Source: Patescibacteria group bacterium (GTDB taxonomy: Bacteria > Patescibacteriota > Minisyncoccia > Phycocordibacterales > JAKAEA01). From it: DNA of 64,000 nt. The position numbers and the translations under genes were made by a program. Positions 1 to 8,544 of the stretch are shown piece by piece. The notes under the pieces are model-generated. The model ran no database searches. It was given only the letters and a program-made list of their open reading frames with translations, and was not told where the DNA came from. Every line of letters starts with the position of its first letter. The stretch's first letter is position 1. The stretch lies in contig JAZKCY010000001.1 in the NCBI GenBank assembly GCA_040387855.1, forward strand, positions 381,857-445,856. The letters run 5' to 3'.

Positions 1-2
1 GG

Positions 3-689
3 CTTTATTGTTTTATATGATTGAAAAAGATATTCATGAATTTGATCTTCAGTGACTTGTGCTACTTTGGCTGCTTCTGACCATGTAGCTGATCCATAAG
101 GTTCATTATGTGTTTCCCACATAATAATATTTTTATGAGAACTAAAACGCTTTATATATGTAGAATATGCATCAGTATAAACTTTGATTCCAGCAGGAGT
201 TTTTATAAGTTCCCATCGGAAGTTTCCATCTAGACTTTTTGGTTCACCTTCATAATTACCAGCTCCCATTACACATATAACAGAAATGTTATGCTTCTCA
301 GCTTTTGTTAAAAAGTCATCAAGATTTTTTGCATACTTTTTATGTAGTTCAAATTTACCATCTTTAAAATTGAATAGTGATTCCATCTGACAAAATGTAC
401 GAATTTTTGTAATTCCCATCGCTTGGATTTCTGCAAGATCTTTATCTATGAGCTTTGAATTGTATTTCTCATTAAGCCAATTATATTCTTCAACTCCATT
501 ATGCAAATCGAGCCATGGAAGATTAATACCAAGGTTATCGTTTGTATATGGTGAATTTGTGGAGCTTCGTACCAAAGCATTTGAACTTGAATAATGTGTT
601 GTGTGCTCTACCATGCTAAGCATGCAAATAAGTAAAATTATTCCTAGTAAGACACTATAAGCAATGATCAATCGGTGATAGTGAGTCAT
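3..689 (-). CDS. Membrane-anchored GH5-like glycoside hydrolase (possible beta-mannanase); runs off the window edge
   Basis: Manually translated, not in the ORF track: MTHYHRLIIAYSVLLGIILL (TM), then GINLPW, DKDLAEIQAMGITKIRTF, LDDFLTKAEKHNISVI and WETHNEP (clan GH-A NEP acid/base motif). Confidence 0.75.
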   Translation of the reverse strand, partial: MTHYHRLIIAYSVLLGIILLICMLSMVEHTTHYSSSNALVRSSTNSPYTNDNLGINLPWLDLHNGVEEYNWLNEKYNSKLIDKDLAEIQAMGITKIRTFCQMESLFNFKDGKFELHKKYAKNLDDFLTKAEKHNISVICVMGAGNYEGEPKSLDGNFRWELIKTPAGIKVYTDAYSTYIKRFSSHKNIIMWETHNEPYGSATWSEAAKVAQVTEDQIHEYLFQSYKTIK

Positions 690-693
690 AGTT

Positions 694-2118
694 TTATTTT
701 TTAACAATATGGAATCCATTTGAAGGTGAAAATATTACTCCTAAGACCCCAATGCTTTCAATAATTGCAAAAAAGGGAATTAAAATTATTTGTGCTATAT
801 ACCAACCAATTCTTTTTACTACATTATGTATGCCGTGCTCATCTAGGTTAACTTTGAGTCCAATAACATAGAAAACAATGAAAGAAATAAATGAGAAATT
901 AGCAAAGAAATGTAGCCATGATGGGATAGAAAATCCCAAGAAAAAATAGGCAATAGTATAGAGAGCCGCGAAAGGTGCAATGGCCCATACGATTGTATTG
1001 AAACCAAGCAAAAGTCTCCATTTGAAATCGATTGGGGCATAGAGAGTAACTTTAAGTAGCCCTTCAAACCACCGACGTCGCTGACGAATAAAATCACCAA
1101 CAGAATGTGTTGATTGCTCTTCAATATATCCATTTACCCATCGAGATCTATATCCTTGTTGCATAGCAAGGAGTGACCAATAGGCATCTTCAGTAATTGA
1201 TCCTTTTGGACCAAAATCAAAACCAATCGATTTTTCTACATCATTTCTAACAACTATAAATGAGCCATGCAATCCAAAAATTGTAATACCTAAAAGGTGC
1301 TGAAAATGAAATCGTCCCAAATCGTCTCCGGTTCGAATACTGTCTGCAAGCGTTAAAATAGGATGTTCTTTCCATTTTCGGTGATAAAGAATAGTTCCTT
1401 GTCCTATTCGATATGTTTTTGCAGTTTCTTCTTCGCTAATCATTTCACAAATACCTTTGATACTTGAACTTGTAAGATGACTTTCTTCATCAAGATGAAC
1501 TATCCATGCGTCATTTGGTAGCTTGGAATTTTCAAGCGCATAATGAAGTGCACGTGCTTTATATAAAGAACCCTGTGAGGTTTTGTATGTCTGAGGTACG
1601 ACAATATATGATAAATGAGAGTTTTCTTTTGGAAGCTCTGGATTTTTTATATCAATAACTACTTCAATAATAAAAGGGAAGAATTGATTTCGTATCATTT
1701 CTTTTTGACAGTTTCGTATGGTTTGAGTAAGTGCTTCTGTATTTGTACCTCTAGATACGATACGGAATGAAACTAATGTCTTAATGGGTAGTACTGTATT
1801 TAAACTATGAGAATGTTCAAAACGAAGTAATCCAATGAATCCCATTACAGCAGGGATTGCAGCTGCCAACCATAAATATGCTCCTAAAGACCAAAGCTTT
1901 TCAAGTAGTGTATGAGGAGTCTGAGTAATTGGCCACAGATAATCTTGAATATAATACAAAATTACGATACCTAGAATGATGTAGATACTAGTTCGCAATC
2001 TGTGACCAGAAATTTTCCATAATTTCCAATCCCTTATTGGTTCAATTTCAGTATAGTAAAAATCACCGATAATATCGGAGAGAGTTACTTTTGAACGGGG
2101 AGATGCAGAGAGCTTCAT
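694..2118 (-). CDS. Egghead/BRE-3-like GT2 membrane glycosyltransferase (putative beta-1,4-mannosyltransferase)
   Basis: KARALHYALE, WIVHLDEES, LADSIRTGDDLGRF, GLHGSFIV, GSITED and QRRRW motifs; N- and C-terminal TM helices. Confidence 0.8.
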   Translation of the reverse strand: MKLSASPRSKVTLSDIIGDFYYTEIEPIRDWKLWKISGHRLRTSIYIILGIVILYYIQDYLWPITQTPHTLLEKLWSLGAYLWLAAAIPAVMGFIGLLRFEHSHSLNTVLPIKTLVSFRIVSRGTNTEALTQTIRNCQKEMIRNQFFPFIIEVVIDIKNPELPKENSHLSYIVVPQTYKTSQGSLYKARALHYALENSKLPNDAWIVHLDEESHLTSSSIKGICEMISEEETAKTYRIGQGTILYHRKWKEHPILTLADSIRTGDDLGRFHFQHLLGITIFGLHGSFIVVRNDVEKSIGFDFGPKGSITEDAYWSLLAMQQGYRSRWVNGYIEEQSTHSVGDFIRQRRRWFEGLLKVTLYAPIDFKWRLLLGFNTIVWAIAPFAALYTIAYFFLGFSIPSWLHFFANFSFISFIVFYVIGLKVNLDEHGIHNVVKRIGWYIAQIILIPFFAIIESIGVLGVIFSPSNGFHIVKK

Positions 2119-2187
2119 TGACTTTTATAACAATAATGTAGAGATTGGAAACTAACATATATTTGTTACATTGTCAATTAATCTTTG

Positions 2188-2610
2188 TTAGGAAATAGGA
2201 TACTTCTTTTTCATATACTGGAATGACTTTTTGATGAGACTTAGGAGTACTTTCTCATCTACATCCTCAAGTTTATTTATATATAAACACCCGGCACTGG
2301 TTTTGTGCTTGCCCAGCTTTTTAAGATCGGGGTTATTTTGATTACCATTAATAATATAAAGTGTGAGGTTTTGTTTGCGAGGCGAGAATCCTACAAGTGG
2401 CCAGTCGCCCTCCTGAGTACTTCGTTCTGACTTGTAGTGATACATCCCAAAGCCAACAATACTTGGTCCCCACATTACCGCTTTTTCACCTGTCACTTTT
2501 TCAAACATCTCAAGTAGCACAAATGCATCTTTCTGCTTTTGATCAGGTTCAATGGATTTTAAAAACTTCTCAACACTTTCTTTTGTTGCTTTTGTTTTTA
2601 ATTCGGCCAT
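2188..2610 (-). CDS. DUF1801 (YdhG-like) protein
   Basis: MWGPSIVGFGMYHY, GFSPRKQNLTLY, LGKHKTSAGCLYINKL. Confidence 0.85.
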   Translation of the reverse strand: MAELKTKATKESVEKFLKSIEPDQKQKDAFVLLEMFEKVTGEKAVMWGPSIVGFGMYHYKSERSTQEGDWPLVGFSPRKQNLTLYIINGNQNNPDLKKLGKHKTSAGCLYINKLEDVDEKVLLSLIKKSFQYMKKKYPIS

Positions 2611-2618
2611 GTTTTTAT

Positions 2619-3035
2619 TTATGCTTTTGGTCCAGCAATATTTACCATCCAGCTAATATCATATTTATCATTGAGAAGCCCAAACATGTCTCCCCATGGT
2701 GCTTTCTCTAACGGCATTGCAATATTTCCTCCTTCTGCAAGTTTATTCCAGTAGCCCTGGAGTTCTTCTTGATTATCTCCACTAAGAGAAATAGAAATAT
2801 TTCCACCTGCAATAAAAGGAACACCTGGAGGAGTATCAGATGCCATTAATGTCATACCGTTATCGGCCACGAGCATTGCATGCATAATCTTATCTGCATC
2901 TGCAGGACTGTGTGGCATGCCACCATCTTTAAAGGTGCTGAGATCCAATTTTCCACCAAACACTGTTTGATAAAACTGCATTGCTTCTTTGGCATTACCA
3001 TCAAAGTTGATATAAGGGTTTAGTTTACTTTGCAT
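2619..3035 (-). CDS. VOC family protein (PhnB-like)
   Basis: PYINFDGNAKEAMQFY, IMHAML, PWGDMFGLLNDKYDISWMVN. Confidence 0.9.
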   Translation of the reverse strand: MQSKLNPYINFDGNAKEAMQFYQTVFGGKLDLSTFKDGGMPHSPADADKIMHAMLVADNGMTLMASDTPPGVPFIAGGNISISLSGDNQEELQGYWNKLAEGGNIAMPLEKAPWGDMFGLLNDKYDISWMVNIAGPKA

Positions 3036-3058
3036 AATGTTAAAAATTAAAAATAATA

Positions 3059-3541
3059 TTATTGTGTTGGTTCATCATCTGCTGATGGTCCGTAAATAGA
3101 TGGAACCTTTGCTCCCATTGCTCGGAGGAACGTGAGAAGCTGACCTCGGTGATGGATTGCATCAAAGAGGAACATCCATGACATATGATATCGAGTGTCA
3201 TGCATAGTTTCATTCCAACCAGCTTTTCCAGTCTCCCATACTTCATCAGTAATCGATTCAACAGCTTTCATTAATTCAGGCATACCTTCATCAAATTTTG
3301 AAAGCATGTCGGCTTTTGTGAGTCCATCCATTTCATGAGGATTGAAGCTTGGGATTCCGGTAGTAGCAATTGTTGCCAAGGCTTTCCATTGGATAGCAAG
3401 CTGACCTGCTAAGTTTCCTGCACTTCGAGCCCGTTCATGCACTTTATAATCATGCTTATCTTCAGGCAATGCCTCAATAGCTTTTCTGAATTTCGGTGCT
3501 TCTTCTTTTAGGACTTCGAGAAAAAATTGTTTATTTGTCAT
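3059..3541 (-). CDS. DinB family protein
   Basis: C-terminal HHRGQLLTFLRAMGAKVPSIYGPSAD. Confidence 0.85.
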   Translation of the reverse strand: MTNKQFFLEVLKEEAPKFRKAIEALPEDKHDYKVHERARSAGNLAGQLAIQWKALATIATTGIPSFNPHEMDGLTKADMLSKFDEGMPELMKAVESITDEVWETGKAGWNETMHDTRYHMSWMFLFDAIHHRGQLLTFLRAMGAKVPSIYGPSADDEPTQ

Positions 3542-3574
3542 ATGCCCTGTACTTTAGCACTAATAGTTAAAATA

Positions 3575-3610
3575 TAAAAAAAGTCGAATCTTGCCTCAAG
3601 CAAGTCGACT
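3575..3610 (-). terminator. Intrinsic terminator of the GC-rich ORF 3609-3893
   Basis: Minus strand agtcga-cttgc-ttgag-gcaag-at-tcgact followed by a T run. Confidence 0.6.
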
Positions 3611-3893
3611 AGGTTCCTCCGGGATCAGGGCCTCCACCACGCGCGTTCCACGTGGAGAGGGTATTGCCCCGGTCGTCTGCGAACTTGTGGGCGGCGTCGA
3701 ACACCTTTTGGGTCGTGTCGCCACCCACCTCGTGGAGGAAGGTGTACCTATCTGCCGGCGGAGTATCATCGCTGAATTCGTCGGGATACTCCGTGTGATC
3801 GTAGAAGGCCGTCATGGACCTTCCATCACTGCAGGCGTAAATCCGACCGCGATTGTAGAGTTCACGATCAAGCATCTCAGGTCGCGTATTCAT
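3609..3893 (-). CDS. GC-rich orphan protein (94 aa)
   Basis: GGGAG SD-like site 6 nt before ATG, upstream TTGACT...TATAAT, terminator right after the stop. Confidence 0.6.
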   Translation of the reverse strand: MNTRPEMLDRELYNRGRIYACSDGRSMTAFYDHTEYPDEFSDDTPPADRYTFLHEVGGDTTQKVFDAAHKFADDRGNTLSTWNARGGGPDPGGT

Positions 3894-3986
3894 AAGACGC
3901 TCCCATGCGGCGAGGTTTGGTTGGGGTCTGAGATTATAATGCGCTACTGACTATAAAAGTCAACCACTATTTGCTAAGATAGGAAT

Positions 3987-4298
3987 ATGTCAAAGATAGA
4001 AATTTCTAGTGGTACAGCTCATCCATTACCAGACGATTTGCGAAAGGCTTTAGGCTCATCTCCGAAGGCTCTTGTATCCTGGGAGGATATTACTCCATTG
4101 GCCCGTAATGAATGGATTTGCTGGACTATATCTGTGAAGACTCAGGAAACAAGGGATGATCATGTAAAAAGAACTGTTGAAGAACTTATAGAAGGCAAGC
4201 GTCGACCTTGTTGTTGGATAGGCTGCATCCACCGCAAAGATAAAGCCATGAGTGCTTCTCAAAAATTTATACTTACTAAAAAAGCGAAAAAGAAATAA
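3987..4298 (+). CDS. YdeI/OmpD-associated family protein
   Basis: LPDDLRKAL, WEDITPLARNEWICW, GKRRPCCWIGC. Confidence 0.85.
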   Translation: MSKIEISSGTAHPLPDDLRKALGSSPKALVSWEDITPLARNEWICWTISVKTQETRDDHVKRTVEELIEGKRRPCCWIGCIHRKDKAMSASQKFILTKKAKKK

Positions 4299-4305
4299 AT
4301 AAATT

Positions 4306-4677
4306 ATGAAAGAAGCTACAAAACAACACCGGATTTATACAATGACGTTTTCAAGTGTGTATCGTCTTTATATTACTAAAGTAGAAAGAAAAGGACGCAC
4401 CAAAACTGAAGTTGATGAAATAGTACGATGGCTTACGGGATACACACAGAAAAAATTGGATTCACAAATAGAGAAAACGGTAACGTTTGAAACTTTTTTT
4501 GATGAAGCTCCACATATGAATCCATCAAGGTCTCTCATTACAGGTAAAATTTGTGGAGTACAGATAGAAGAAATCAAAGAGCCTCTTATGCGAGAAATTC
4601 GATACCTCGATAAACTTATAGATGAATTGGCAAAAGGGAAGGCGATGGAGAAAATTTTGCGAAAAGTGCAAAATTAA
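4306..4677 (+). CDS. DUF2200 family protein
   Basis: [45 protein letters not shown]. Confidence 0.9.
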   Translation: MKEATKQHRIYTMTFSSVYRLYITKVERKGRTKTEVDEIVRWLTGYTQKKLDSQIEKTVTFETFFDEAPHMNPSRSLITGKICGVQIEEIKEPLMREIRYLDKLIDELAKGKAMEKILRKVQN

Positions 4678-5102
4678 ATTCTTGTAATAAGTGCATCTAC
4701 CTGTTTCTTCACTGCTTGAAATGTAGATTCAGATTCTAAAACGACAATAGTTTTATCTTTATTAATATCAGTATCAATTACATTCCATATTTCATGCTTG
4801 GGAATTTTTGCATGTAACGTTTGTTCACAGTATGTGGCGTGAGTTGGTTCCATAAATATTACGAGATCACTATCCTCGATCAGCTCTTTGGTAGTTTGGG
4901 TCCAATCTTTATTTGTATACTCAAGTATATTGTGATTCTGCAATGTATCTTTGGTATCCCAAGCTATCGCTCCTTCTATATTATTTACCGCATCAATGCC
5001 GCTTGATGTTGCTACCCAGTCTTTTATTTTGAGCGAGTTAAAATACGCCTCAGCCATTCTACTCCTAAATGTGTTGTTTGTGCATACAAAGTGAATTTTC
5101 AT
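4674..5102 (-). CDS. Low-molecular-weight phosphatase/ArsC-fold protein
   Basis: N-terminal [14 protein letters not shown] (CX5RS P-loop). Confidence 0.8.
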   Translation of the reverse strand: MKIHFVCTNNTFRSRMAEAYFNSLKIKDWVATSSGIDAVNNIEGAIAWDTKDTLQNHNILEYTNKDWTQTTKELIEDSDLVIFMEPTHATYCEQTLHAKIPKHEIWNVIDTDINKDKTIVVLESESTFQAVKKQVDALITRI

Positions 5103-5178
5103 ATCTATAAGTATCCCAATAAATCAAATAAAATGCTAGTTGCTCTACATTAGTGGAAGTGAATGCTATACTTTTTCT

Positions 5179-5745
5179 ATGGGAAAAATAATCGCTGGAA
5201 TGTCCATGTCTGTGGACGGATATATTAATAATAAGGATGGCGGGGTAGGAGAGCTCTATACAGATTTTAAAGAAATGCATGATGTACCATCTTTTAAAGA
5301 AACCATAGCTACAACCGGTGCTGTTATTATGGGAAAGCACACATATGAAATGGCAGATCCGTTTGAGTGGGCTACTAGTGATTATGAATTCCAAACTCCT
5401 ATTTTTGTTTTGGTTCATACTGTTCCTGAAAAATATCCGCAAGGAAATGGCAAATTGAGCTTTATCTTTGTAACAGATGGAATTGAGAGCGCAGTTTCTC
5501 AGGCGAAAAAAACAGCAGGGGATAAAGATGTGCAGGTAATTGGTGCAAACACTATTCAGCAGCTTTTAAATGCTGGGCTTTGTGATGAATTGGTTGTAGA
5601 TATGATGCCTGTATTGCTTGGAAAAGGAATACGACTATTTGAAAATATAAATACAGATAAAATAAAGCTTGAAAGAGTTAAGGTGCTTGAGACAACTTCT
5701 CAAAGAACGAGTATTACGTTTAAAGTCGTGAAAACTAATAAATAA
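5179..5745 (+). CDS. Dihydrofolate reductase/RibD C-terminal family protein
   Basis: MSMSVDGYI, GAVIMGKHTY, DELVVDMMPVLLGKGIRLF; start set at ATG 5179 just after TGCTATACT. Confidence 0.85.
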   Translation: MGKIIAGMSMSVDGYINNKDGGVGELYTDFKEMHDVPSFKETIATTGAVIMGKHTYEMADPFEWATSDYEFQTPIFVLVHTVPEKYPQGNGKLSFIFVTDGIESAVSQAKKTAGDKDVQVIGANTIQQLLNAGLCDELVVDMMPVLLGKGIRLFENINTDKIKLERVKVLETTSQRTSITFKVVKTNK

Positions 5746-5780
5746 AAAAGACGTCCTCAAGGGGGAACCTTGGGACGTCT
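5744..5780 (-). terminator. Intrinsic terminator of the GC-rich ORF 5794-6273, possibly bidirectional
   Basis: Minus strand agacgtcccaagg-ttccc-ccttgaggacgtc followed by TTTTT; lies between convergent genes. Confidence 0.7.
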
Positions 5781-5793
5781 ATGGACTGTTCTC

Positions 5794-6273
5794 TTAGTTT
5801 GCCGGGGTGGCGAGCTTGGCGGACAGTTCGTCCAAGCTCCTCTTGAGGTACCAGGCCTGGAACTCGATCTGCTTCATCATCTCGAGCCGGAGCTGGCTGA
5901 TCACCGCTTCGAGGGTGACCGTGTCCTCCTTGTTCGCTGGCTCGTTGGCGTTCTTGGCCATGAGCCGGCGCGCGACGGTGCGGAGCGTCGCGCACTTCTC
6001 CAGGCGGTCCCGGTTGAAGATGATCGAGAGTCCCTCGTCGGCGCTCAGGTTGGGGAACCTCTCCACGTCCTTGAGCAGGACGCCGACCGTCCGGCTCTCG
6101 TTCTCCGACTGCTTGAGCAGGTCGGTGTTGCCGGCGGCTCGCTCCTTGAGGAACTGCGCCTTGAGTTCCTGGAGGTTGGCCTGCTCTGCCGGCTTGGTGG
6201 TGGCGTCGGCGGCCATGAGCTGGCTCGGCATGAACGCGAGCAGGATCCCGAAGAGGGCGATGGATCGCAGCAT
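5794..6273 (-). CDS. GC-rich secreted helical orphan protein
   Basis: Signal peptide MLRSIALFGILLAFMPSQLMA|ADATTKPA; AAGGAAG SD 7 nt before ATG; third codon positions strongly G/C. Confidence 0.75.
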   Translation of the reverse strand: MLRSIALFGILLAFMPSQLMAADATTKPAEQANLQELKAQFLKERAAGNTDLLKQSENESRTVGVLLKDVERFPNLSADEGLSIIFNRDRLEKCATLRTVARRLMAKNANEPANKEDTVTLEAVISQLRLEMMKQIEFQAWYLKRSLDELSAKLATPAN

Positions 6274-6445
6274 ACGATGCTTCCTTCCGTAATGAACTAA
6301 AACGAGTAAGGTGGCCGAAGTAGCAACCTTTAACTCCTTGCACTGTATACTACACATCTTACACTCTGTCAATAAAATGATGAGAGTTACTTTTATTAAT
6401 ACATAGTACTATATTCTTTTTATATAGGATGCTGACTAATATAAA

Positions 6446-6628
6446 TTATTGATCTTTATTTTCTTTCTTAAAGAATATTGTGATAAATGAAGGTAACATA
6501 ATTACTACACAAGTTATGTAAAGCCACGTATCTTCACGACCGTTTATCCACCAGATTATTCCAAGGAAAATAAGTGCTCCGATAAGTAATAGAGCTGCAA
6601 TAGCATGCACTTTAGATCTTGTTTTCAT
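6446..6628 (-). CDS. Small two-TM membrane protein
   Basis: Two hydrophobic segments; follows the VOC gene in the same direction. Confidence 0.6.
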   Translation of the reverse strand: MKTRSKVHAIAALLLIGALIFLGIIWWINGREDTWLYITCVVIMLPSFITIFFKKENKDQ

Positions 6629-6633
6629 ATATT

Positions 6634-7062
6634 TTATTTACTTGGAGTAAATTCAATTAACCATTCAATACCGTATTTATCTCGAAACATTCCGGCATAT
6701 GATCCCCAAGGACTATCACCCATAGGTCCTTCAACAGTGCCACCAACTGAAAGGCCATTAAATATTTTTTCTGCTTCTTCCTTAGTGTCAGTAGTAATTA
6801 AAATTTTACTTCGATTTTCGTTTTCATTTACAGCGCCCATAAATGAAGGCACATCGTTTGCTATCAAAACACTGCCATTACCAATGGGGAGAGCAATATA
6901 CATTACCTTCTCTGCTTCGGCTTCTGGCATTTGTACTTCTGCAGTTGCAATATCTTTAAAACGAACAATCTTTGAAAACTCACCACCGAATACTGATTTA
7001 TAAAATGTAAGCGCTTCTTCAGCGTTGCCGTTGAAGTTAATCCAAGGGTTTATTGTTGCCAT
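6634..7062 (-). CDS. VOC family protein (PhnB-like), second copy
   Basis: PWINFNGNAEEALTFY, SPWGSYAGMFRDKYGIEW. Confidence 0.9.
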   Translation of the reverse strand: MATINPWINFNGNAEEALTFYKSVFGGEFSKIVRFKDIATAEVQMPEAEAEKVMYIALPIGNGSVLIANDVPSFMGAVNENENRSKILITTDTKEEAEKIFNGLSVGGTVEGPMGDSPWGSYAGMFRDKYGIEWLIEFTPSK

Positions 7063-7088
7063 AGGGGGATCATATCATAGACGGCAAT

Positions 7089-7121
7089 AAAAAATCACCT
7101 TGCTCACAAGGTGATTTTTTT
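7089..7121. terminator. Bidirectional terminator hairpin, copy 1 of 3
   Basis: aaaaaatcaccttg-ctca-caaggtgattttttt. Confidence 0.8.
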
Positions 7122-7138
7122 GCAGGTAATTATGTGTG

Positions 7139-7540
7139 TTATGCAATAACCTGTGTGCAATATGAACAACGTTTTGCCTCAAGCGGGATTTCGCTAAGAC
7201 ATTCTTTGCACTTTTTGGTAGTTGGGTCTGCTGGGGCTTCCTTTCGTGATTTTGCAATTAGATAATTCATCGGTTTAATGACAAAGAAAAAGATTGCTGC
7301 TGCGACAAGAACAAATGATACAAGGGCGTTAATGAAATGACCATACATAAACTGACTACCATTCACAGTAAATGAAAGCCCCGCAAAATCTGGTACTTTT
7401 GCGATTGCACCTATAAGTGGAGTGAGGAGATCTGTTACTAATGCAGTGACAACCGTTCCAAAAGCCGCTCCGATAACAACACCGACTGCCAAGTCAACAA
7501 CGTTGCCTCTGAGTAGAAACTGCTTGAAATCTTTTATCAT
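7139..7540 (-). CDS. mscL: Large-conductance mechanosensitive channel with C-terminal CxxC...CxxC tail
   Basis: FKQFLLRGNVVDLAVGVVIGAAF; KCKECLSEIPLEAKRCSYCT. Confidence 0.95.
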   Translation of the reverse strand: MIKDFKQFLLRGNVVDLAVGVVIGAAFGTVVTALVTDLLTPLIGAIAKVPDFAGLSFTVNGSQFMYGHFINALVSFVLVAAAIFFFVIKPMNYLIAKSRKEAPADPTTKKCKECLSEIPLEAKRCSYCTQVIA

Positions 7541-7565
7541 AAAATAATAATTATTTAAAACTAGT

Positions 7566-7667
7566 TATAGTATAACAAAAGTCCTGAACACTGTCGGGGT
7601 AACAAAAAATCACCTTGATAAATAGGGTGATTTTAAGTGCTCACATGGTTGGAAGCAATTCGAACCT
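7566..7667. repeat. Degenerate copy of the tRNA-Asn 3' end, terminator and promoter (matches 8219-8317)
   Basis: tatagtata..aaa.gt, ggtaacaaaaaatcacc, ggtgatttt, tgctc and tcgaacct are shared in the same order. Confidence 0.7.
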
Positions 7668-7669
7668 AT

Positions 7670-8215
7670 TTAATGTGAGGTAACTTTGCTAATCCAGTTA
7701 ATAAGGTCTTGAGAAACTTCTTCAGGGGATCGATTACTTGTATCTATAATTACAAAATCATTTTGTTCACTATCTTTTTTCAGAAGGGAAGTAACATAGA
7801 CATTATCTTGGATAAATTTTTCTACTGACTTATTTGTAACTCTTTCAAGATTTTTGATACTTTCTTCTGTTTGATACCTACCTAATAATCTTTTCTCGAG
7901 GTTTTCTTTGTTGATGTCTAAAAAACAAACTACAGGACGTATCTCAAGCTTATTAGAAGCTTCAATTATTTCTGCTGGCTTCATGAAACCACAAATAATA
8001 GTAGATATTCTTTTTAGCAAATTACTTTTGCTTAGTTCTAACCAATATAAAGTCTCTGATTGTCTCCATATTCTATCGACATTATCAGGAACGCCTCGTT
8101 CGTCGAAGTCATGAATTTCAAAATTGTGAGAAAGCTTTGACTGAAGCAGGGGAATAAGAGTAGTTTTGCCTACGCCATTTGGACCGATGATAAGGAATAT
8201 GTTTGAGCTATTCAT
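7670..8215 (-). CDS. P-loop nucleotide-kinase-like (AAA family) protein
   Basis: IIGPNGVGKTT Walker A, HDFDERGVP, IIDTSNRSPEEV; start set at ATG 8215. Confidence 0.75.
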   Translation of the reverse strand: MNSSNIFLIIGPNGVGKTTLIPLLQSKLSHNFEIHDFDERGVPDNVDRIWRQSETLYWLELSKSNLLKRISTIICGFMKPAEIIEASNKLEIRPVVCFLDINKENLEKRLLGRYQTEESIKNLERVTNKSVEKFIQDNVYVTSLLKKDSEQNDFVIIDTSNRSPEEVSQDLINWISKVTSH

Positions 8216-8256
8216 TTTTATAGTATACCAAAGGTTCAAAACATCTAGCTGGTAAC

Positions 8257-8289
8257 AAAAAATCACCCTGTAAAACAAGGTGATTTTTT
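8257..8289 (-). terminator. Terminator downstream of tRNA-Asn
   Basis: aaaaaatcacc-ctgtaaaacaa-ggtgatttttt hairpin with A/T tails. Confidence 0.75.
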
Positions 8290-8294
8290 CGATG

Positions 8295-8366
8295 CTCCTC
8301 CGGCAGGGATCGAACCTGCGACCAATCGCTTAACAGGCGACTGCTCTACCGCTGAGCTACAGAGGA
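8295..8366 (-). tRNA. tRNA-Asn (GTT), CCA not encoded
   Basis: TCCTCTG TAGCTCAGCGGTAGAGC, anticodon loop CTGTTAA, GGTTCGATCC, CGGAGGA G. Confidence 0.95.
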
Positions 8367-8544
8367 ATATGCTTCGTTCTCTCGAGCTTGCGCTCGGGGA
8401 ACGAACTTTTAGCATCATAGCAAAAAAACAGAAAATGTAAATATTGGACTTTATATAGATTTTGGGTGCGTATAAAACAGACTGATCGTACGTCTGATAT
8501 ACTATAAGGGTAGGTGTAATAATTGGTATAATTTAACTATATAT

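Noticed and set aside
3591-3950. Plus-strand 119-aa ORF
   Set aside because: Antisense shadow; promoter, SD and terminator all support the minus-strand ORF
5735-6343. Three additional long overlapping ORFs (5735-6343, 5770-6300, 5807-6292)
   Set aside because: Shadow frames expected in GC-rich DNA; only 5794-6273 has an SD, signal peptide and terminator
7636-7667. Second tRNA gene
   Set aside because: Only a degenerate T-arm/acceptor fragment with no cloverleaf; treated as an att-like remnant
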